Of a stretch of 64,000 nt of DNA, positions 55,712 to 64,000 are shown piece after piece. Below the pieces are notes generated by a model, which ran no database searches, was not told where the DNA came from, and was given only the letters and a program-made list of their open reading frames with translations. Made by a program: the position numbers and the translations under genes. Within the stretch, counting starts at the first letter, position 1, and each line of letters starts with the position of its first letter. The stretch comes from Octopus sinensis (Eukaryota), in the NCBI RefSeq assembly GCF_006345805.1, contig NC_043015.1:11098001-11162000 (forward strand), in the 5' to 3' direction.

Positions 55712-55867
55712 GTGTGTGTGTGTGTGTGTGTCTGTGTCTGTGGTGCGTGTGCGTGTGTCTGTGTCTGTGGTGCGTGTGCGTGTGTCTGTATATATATATA
55801 TTTATATATATATAATAAGATAGATAGATAGATAGATAGAAAGACAGACAGACAGATAGATAGCTTC

Positions 55868-55899
<32 letters not shown>

Positions 55900-56035
55900 C
55901 TGTGTCTGTGGTGCGTGTGCGTGTGTCTGTGTCTGTGGTGCGTGTGCGTGTGTCTGTATATATATATATTTATATATATATAATAAGATAGATAGATAGA
56001 TAGATAGAAAGACAGACAGACAGATAGATAGCTTC

Positions 56036-56050
<15 letters not shown>
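55712..56050. repeat. 168-bp direct tandem duplication of a compound microsatellite
   Basis: GCTTCATATA begins at 55863 and 56031, and the intervening blocks match. Confidence 0.9.
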
Positions 56051-56067
<17 letters not shown>

Positions 56068-56086
56068 ATATATACATATATATATA

Positions 56087-56140
<54 letters not shown>

Positions 56141-56631
56141 TATATTTATATACCTGCTTATTATGTGTGCGTATACACATCAGGGTTGATGCTGGCTTGC
56201 TTTCAAAGAACGTTGTCGTTTATTAATTCCAACAATTGCACACATCTTGAACTCAACGCATATTAGTATGATGTAGATTAACTTGATTCTGGCTCCACCG
56301 TCCCTACTGGAAGCAGGAATGTTTCTAGAAAAGAGATATATTTACGTAGGTGCAACGGAACGGTACGACTGGAGACAGTAAAAGAGTAAAAAATAAACAA
56401 GCAGAGAAACAGATTTTTACAAAAATCGTATTAGTTTAGCACTTGTAAATTTATACTTTAGCTGTGAATACTTGTTATTTCTGTGTCGTCTGTTTTTGTG
56501 TTTATTGCCCTCGTAATATACAGAGCAGAAATATTTATATACAGTGCAGAAAACAAAATCTACCAATTTATGACTTCAGTACCTTTAGAGATTAATTTCG
56601 TTGTGTTGTTTTTTTTATATATCTTCTATCC

Positions 56632-56945
56632 TGACCTGGCTCAGTGGTTAGAGGTTAAGGTTCACTATCAAGTGGTAGTGAGTTCGATTACCGGACCGTA
56701 TTGTGTTTTGTGTCCTCGAGAAAAGCACCTTATTTCACGTTGTGCCAGTTCACTCCGCTGTAGAAATGAGTTGCGACGTCACTGGTGCCCCTATATGTGG
56801 GCCTTTGCCTTTCCATTGGATAACATCAGTGGCGTGGAGAGGGGAGACCGATATGCATGGGCGACTGCTGGTCTTCCATAAACAATATTGCCCGAACTTG
56901 TTCTTTGGAGGGTAACTATCTAGGTACAACCCCACGGTCCTTAAT
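56632..56945 (+). mobile_element. tRNA-derived SINE (third family)
   Basis: A-box-like TGGCTCAGTGG and B-box-like GAGTTCGATTACC, followed by TTGTGTCCTCGAGAAAAGCACCTTATTTCACGTTG, which resembles a conserved central SINE domain. Confidence 0.65.
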
Positions 56946-57649
56946 GACCGAAGGGTCTTTACTCTTTACCCCATCTTCCCTACTCCAATGTTTCTCCCCT
57001 CACTCACATACAGACAAACCACGCACACAATTCCTGATCAGCTTTCTGAGACAACAGCACATCGGTTTCAAGAAGTAGCTTTCGACGGAAGACAATGAGT
57101 GAAATGGCTCTTGGACAGTGGGTGCAGATAAGCCTGCCAGTGTCTGGGATACATAGCTTTTAACTGGTATGACGTGTATTTGCAAGTTACCTTTTAAATA
57201 AAAACGAACTTCAGAATATTAAGAGAGAGAGAGAATAACCGTGTTCAGTGCCATAACCTCCTGGAAATATACGTATATTTCATAATAACATAGTTTGTCT
57301 ACAACCACAACGTTATAACTATCATTGTATTAATATCGCTTTTCTTGATCCTCCTTATTTTACATCAGGCCCGTGTTTTATTGCTCATGCATTAATCTCC
57401 GATTTTTGAATCTACTCCTGTAACATCGTCACAATTTCTGGCAAAATGGTGACGATGTTACAACACAAACCGAGAAATTTCAAGGATGATAGACATAGGT
57501 ATTTGAAGTTAAAACAAGGTGTAGAAATAGCTGGAATTCGCTTGATTATAGGTTTGTTTGATCAGTGATGAGCAAGATATAACGATCACCACTGCGACTA
57601 CTACCAATAACAACAGCATGAAAGTAACAACAACAAACCACTACATATA

Positions 57650-57814
57650 GGCGCAGGAGTGGCTGTGTGGTAAGTAGCTTGCTAACCAACGACATGGTTC
57701 CGGGTTCAGTCCCACTGCGTGGCATCTTGGGCAAGTGTCTTCTGCTATAGCCCCAGGCCGACCAATGCCTTGTAAGTGGATTTGGTAGACGGAAACTGAA
57801 AGAAGCCTGTCGTA

Positions 57815-57854
<40 letters not shown>

Positions 57855-58088
57855 TGTGTGTGTATATGTTTGTGTGTCTGTGTTTGTCCCTCTAGCATTG
57901 CCTGGCAACTGATGCTGGTGTGTTTATGTCCCCGTCACTTAGCGGTTCGGCAAAAGAGACCGATAGAATAAGTACTGGGCTTACAAAGAATAAGTCCTGG
58001 GATCGATTTGCTCGACTAAAGGCGGTGCTCCAGCATGGCCGCAGTCAAATGACTGAAACAAGTAAAAGAGTAAAAGAGTAAAGAGTAT
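57650..58088 (+). mobile_element. tRNA-derived SINE (family A), full length, (GTAAAAGA)n tail
   Basis: Has the head, internal microsatellite and repeated tail; four other copies are present in the window. Confidence 0.9.
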
Positions 58089-59440
58089 ATTTCCAGGTCA
58101 ATGAGACCCGAAATGACAACCAACAAAATTAGATATAGTATAACTGATATTAAACGCTGAAATCGTAAATTGAAAGAACTTAAATATGAAATGTATAAGT
58201 CCTAAGCAGCTCATACTGAATAAACAATACATATAGTGATATACATTAAATCATACAACAAATCAATTTTAACAACTACTGTGTTTATCAAACCAATTTC
58301 ACTCAACTTTCAATATTGCAACCATTTCGTCCCGGTGTAATTAAAGTTACTTTGAAATTCTAGAAAGAAGAGCGTTATGTCAACAGTTTCAGGATTAATT
58401 CACTACAAAGTCATTTAATGAGATTTCAACACAACTTGTATAAATCTCGAATGAAATAGGCGATTTATTCAAAATATCTTATCGTGCTTTTCCGAAGATT
58501 AGTTTTCTTAAGTAATCCTGTCAGTAACATGCAAATACTTCGCCGGAATTCATTCATTCTTAACTTCATATACAAAGCAGGGATTATGATTCAATGCATT
58601 GATTTTTGATATCCTTTCATATTGTGCTGGAATTCCATATTGTGAAGAAGACTGAAATGCTAAGCCAGTACTTCTAACGTGTTATATGCGGGTATACGGA
58701 GTGCATATATATATAAATACGTGATTTAATTTGAAACGCAATATGTGCAAAAGTGTAACGAGTTAAATGTGTGGTTTGTAACTGGAGTTATGAATGAGTG
58801 TCTATTCCATGAAAAGTAAACGTTAGTAACGTCTAAACTGAGGGCTTATATGTTGAAACCACGCTGTGCATATATGTGCATAGATGTTTGTGAGTGTGTG
58901 AGCGTGTGTGTCTTTTAAGTAATTAAATTCTAATTTTTTCTGACCAGCAAAGAACTAGTTTCAAGTAAATAAATGAAGGCTTTTTGCTACGGTTTGGTAA
59001 CAGAAAATAAATGTTGCACGTTGTATTTTAGAGATAAACGCCCATATTTTGCACTGTTCCGCTTAGAGAATGCATCCATAATATATGTTATATCTGTTTT
59101 GTTGACTGCAAAAATAGAACTACTGTTACCAAATTTTCAGTTAAACATTTAATAACATAGCGAAGGACTACTGTAATCTTTTTATAAACGTGAATTTATA
59201 GTCAGAGTAGATAAGATGGCAGCTTCAAGGATGTTGTGCGGAAGCGTTTTCCATCTTGCAAATTTTGGAAGAGTTGCTCACGTCAGCTCAGGGCATGATT
59301 TTTCTTTTTCGTCGTAAATAATTATATCAGGTATTTTACGTTTGCAAGGGGTACAAAATACTTTGCATTAAATTCCATATATCCAATAACAGAAGCACCG
59401 TTTATGAGTATCCAAGAGAAGTCTCTCCATTTGATGGCAT

Positions 59441-59478
<38 letters not shown>

Positions 59479-62400
59479 TATATATGTGCAACAAAATCAT
59501 GTCGCTTGATTTTGCTTTATCTTCTCACATGATAGCCGTCACATGGCGGCATACGCTTGTGCCATACTTATACCACACAGTATTGGGAACAGTGATTAAC
59601 TATATCCAGTTAAATATCTCGTGACAAGCGCTAGCAAGAGGACCAGACACTTCCACATCTGTATTGAGGTAAACTCCTTCTCCTCTCTGGGTTTAGGTCA
59701 GATGGCACAAGAGAGTGAGTATCTTTTTAGGTGTTCACTTACCCATAGGATATTATGCAGCTTATTTTTGTGTTCTTGGTTGCTATCGCTGTATAGTACA
59801 TATCTGAGTGGTAACATACGACACTCAATCGGCTTTTTTTTTGCTTTTTTTTTAAATTGAGCTTCACGTCAGTATCCTTCATGTTTTATGAATATCTCTG
59901 CATCGGATTTCCTGTACAGACCAGTCGTGTACCTCCAATTTTAGCATCATTGATTCATTATGCAAATGGGTTTTGAAATAGTGTCATGTTCTAAAAGGAA
60001 ATCTCTGACATATATCCTTTTAGCACTGCGTGGTATTTTTTTTTTTGGCTTACACTATTTTTGTTTCGCAGTACTATCTAATTATATGTTCTCGTCACTG
60101 CCTAGTTATCTATATCCACAGTGGATAAGAAAATGGAGATATATAGAATACTAGTGTGAAGATTGCGAGTTGAACTTGTTTTTCTTTCTTTGTCACTGTC
60201 AAATATGAACTTTTAATTCTTTCCTTATATAAGTAGAAAGTTTATTACCAAGACATCTGATCTTCATTATTAATAGTTCGAAGCTATTCCTTCGTGTGAC
60301 ACGCTAGATATAAGTAAAAGCAGTACTTTACCTTTTGAATATATTGTTAACTGTAGCTGTGAAATGATTATACAACTTTCTCACTATACTAGTATTTAAC
60401 TATTCGATTTTGCATTGGAGTTTGCATTTTTTTTATTTCCATAACGACTCGGATTGCTTATCATAATTTCTTTCATCACCCTGCGCTGCATATATTTTCT
60501 ATACACTTGTTGATAGTGACAGCAACCGTATACAGGCTTCTACTAGCATTTCAATATTTATTATATTTCTATATAGATATAGACCCTAAAGGTATGGACA
60601 GGTACATGTAGCATGAGAAGATTTGGCTTTTGGTTCCTCTTCCATCGAAACATGACTGTTATTAAATGGTAGCTTAGGCAAAATGTAAACACAATTTCTT
60701 AACTTTGGCTTTTACCTGCATTTAAGCAGCATTTCATATTCTTCGCTAATCTCTGTTTGATCAATATATGAAGATATACAATAGCTGTCTGATTGTCAAT
60801 ATAGTGACATCGGCTTGTTTACGTTTTTGTGAGTTTCAATTGTAGGTTTTGGTTGGTTTTGAATACACCCACAAAGTCAACTGGCATCACAGGAATTAGA
60901 TTAACGATTGGTATATGTGATGGTTATATTTCGGGCGTAGAAATATGCCTGTAATCAAAGTTGCTTCATTGTAAAATAGTTTCTCTTTTTCTAATTCGAT
61001 TTAGGGAGATTTTGCGAGTTTTATTTATTTATTTTGTTTTGTTTTTGAAAGAGCCAAAGTACATACTGATCTAAAAGCAAAGAGCAAACAAGCAAACGAA
61101 GTGAGTACAATATTTATGTCATCTTAGATTGTCCACATAAGCGCCAGAACTACATGTGTGGTTAGTGGTTATGGTATTGCTGGCGTCAGTCACGATGATT
61201 TAAGAAAACGCACTCGAGGTGAAAATATTCTGTGTAAAAATCCAGTCAAATGACACTACATTAAGGCGTTTCCCTAATATTTAATGGAAGAAAACTAAAC
61301 CGATTTTTAATGTAGTCATGGTATGCTTGACCTAACTCTCAGATAAATCGTTTAAAACAAAGAGTTTAACTGATCTTCTGTGTTAATATATGCAGTAATC
61401 ATCGCATTGTTATAAATATGATTTTGAGATGTAACTTAACACACTAACGAATTGTAATTCAGGGATTACATTATTGTGCCCAATTGCTGAATTTCATATG
61501 AAAACCGAACGAAACAACACGGCAAATAATCCAAAAGATTAATGGAATGACAAACACTATCCTAATAATTTCCATCACAATTTCGAAAATTCCGATAGTT
61601 TAATCTCTCTGTATACGCATTCAGTATCATTAAGAAGATAATTTAAGTAACGATCAGCTATGTTTACACTTGTTTTAACTCTTGAAAATATATTACAAAT
61701 GATATTACTATATAACCCGGTAATAGTTTCAATGGCACTTGGTAGGTGCACTACATAATTTCTGAGACTTTTTCAAGTGAAACATTTAATCATTTCGAAG
61801 AAATACCAAACTTCAATCTCTTCCGAAAAATGATCATCGAACTTCGATGCACTTGTTCCTGTGCTCCAGTTGGCTTGTGAAAGCCATATGAAATTACTTC
61901 AATGTGAAGATGTCTAGGACCCTTGTCACGGCCTTTTTCGCTCTTTCTTTCGGGAACAACCGAGTTATAGTTTAAATGCCCATCTCTGTCAAGTAGTTGA
62001 TTACCAGTATAGAAAAGTGGTCTAGTGCATTATTCTGGTATAAGTTCTACCGACTTCAGTAGTAAGCTCTGGCATTTTCCAACGAAATCTTTTCCTGACC
62101 TCCCTCAAAGCCTCCACAACCATATATTCAGAGAGATCACAGTAGATGTAAAATATGCCCTTCCTGTAGAAAAAGGAGATCATCATATTCATTCCAGGAG
62201 ACTTGTTTGCCTGCCATCTTGTGTCCAGTGTAAAACAAAATGACCAGCTCAAACATGCTAATCCACAAAGCAGTCTAGAGCATTTCATAATCTTCTGTAG
62301 TGTAGGCGTCCAGTTTAACTCCAAACTTAATTACATAGCGAGCGCTTAAATTGTTGCCACACCCAGACTGCATTCTGTGAACTAGTCAGCTGTGACAAGC

Positions 62401-64000
62401 AATGGGTATTAGGGCGTGTTCAAAGAGTTGTTACAGCCCTCCCTTTCGATCTAGGACAACAATTTGGAATATAGGCTTATTATAAATATAGAGTGATATA
62501 CTAAAAGTACAATTATCTACAAGTGTTATAACTGCCTCTCCTAAAAAATAGTGCCAAGAAGTCTCAAAACTTCTGGAACGCTCAATGTAATACAAAGTTA
62601 TAAGCACTCTTTTGAGATACGAAATTGAAACTGATTGAAGTGGGATTTTGTATTACATATCAGCATGTTGCCCATGTCCCTTATGTCAATCAAAATTATA
62701 CACGGCCTGTCAATCTTGAATGATATAAAATTACGTCTTCAAATCAAATTTTCTGCTATTTTTTTTTACAATTGATTATACTTTTTGTATCGTTATGGCA
62801 TAGTTAGTCAGGTAATTAACCCAGCATGACAGTTAAAACTCTATATTAATAGCATAGAAGATGAAAACGGGAGATTGCCAGACTCATTATATCGTCAGGC
62901 AAAACGTTTTAATCCGGGAAGTCGAAACGCCCAGAGATCGATTCTAATCTGTGATCATTTTGGAGTCAATGAAATAATGACCAGTCAAGTGTTGCCAAAT
63001 GTCTTATTATAAATGATTGATGTCACCTTCTAACTTTCTGGTCAAGATAAAAAAAAAATATTGCGTGTAATTTGAATATTTCTAATATAATATGAATTAT
63101 AATAACAAATGCAATATAGAAATTTACCCATTTATATAAATTAAAATTTTCTACCTTCTGGCATAGGCATTTTCTCTGAATATAACCTTTATAATATGAT
63201 ATATCTAATCAGCCTCCGTCAAAGAATTCAGTTTTGGCGGGTGACATATGCAATTATCCTGTCGGATGTTTTAATCTATTATGGTACCTATTTCTTATTT
63301 TTTACTGTTTTTTTTTATCTCACACGCTCGGATGCCTCAATAGTTTAATATGAGCACTCTACCGTTTTTCGTTTTTTTTTTAAATCGTTCTAGTTTTCCC
63401 CCTCTTCTCTAATTCTCAGCATTTTTCGTCTCGCTGAAACGCTGTAGCAGTGTTATGTTAGCAGTGTGACTTTTGCACTGTCTTTTTTTTCGCTCATTCT
63501 CTTTCCATATTTCTTTCTTTCTCTGTCTCCTTCTTTCTCCATATTTCATACCCTTTATTTATTTCACTGCAATTTATCATTTTCTGTTTCATCTTCCTCC
63601 TCTCTTATTCTGTTTCAATATTCATTACGACCTAATTGAGCAATACTCATTATAGAGCTACGATTTAATGTTTACATCGAACATTTACATAGGAATGATA
63701 GTATAGATGATTTAGCGGGAAAAATCAACTGACACACTAAGAGGACTTGGCCCACATATCTATATCTTGTAGAATACGTTGCTCATCATATAGGTATATG
63801 TTTCGAAAATTATTAGTAACCCTCTCTATGTTTCAAACTGGTTTTGTTATGATTATATATAAACTGTCCACTTTTGAATTGATGTGAAAGCTGGAGCGTC
63901 TTGCCCTAACGGTTCAAACATACCAGTATGAATACACTTGCGGGCTAACCCTTTTTTTTCTGCAGTTACTTTAAAAGGTAGTTGATACAACGATGTAAAC

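Noticed and set aside
62022-62324. Possible L1/Tx1 RT remnant (NKSPG motif)
   Set aside because: Only one short motif resembles the family; not supportable without a search.

Overview
AT-rich, microsatellite-saturated eukaryotic DNA. The SINE, LTR and Penelope-type repeats resemble those of an Octopus/cephalopod genome; this is from recall, not a search. I recognise no intact host gene, and most listed ORFs are artefacts of (TA)n/(TG)n/(CAT)n tracts. The window is a graveyard of decayed elements: an RLE-type LINE, a Ty3/Gypsy gag-pol, four Tc1/mariner copies, Penelope-like (PLE) RT and GIY-YIG fragments, an RTE fragment, two Helitron-like non-autonomous copies and many tRNA-derived SINEs. The standout is 25040-26640: a non-coding ~480-bp unit present about 3.3 times, arranged as two divergent tandem arms inside (TA)n. 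Every full copy carries a type I hammerhead ribozyme (HHR) with a near-palindromic, dimer-dependent helix III. This fits a retrozyme-like or PLE pLTR concatemer, possibly copied from a circular RNA. Several other minimal or decayed HHR motifs and (TA)n-anchored fold-backs occur across the window. A GU-biased ~140-nt hairpin lies at 40714-40853, and a possible decayed protein-primed DNA polymerase at 11880-12595.
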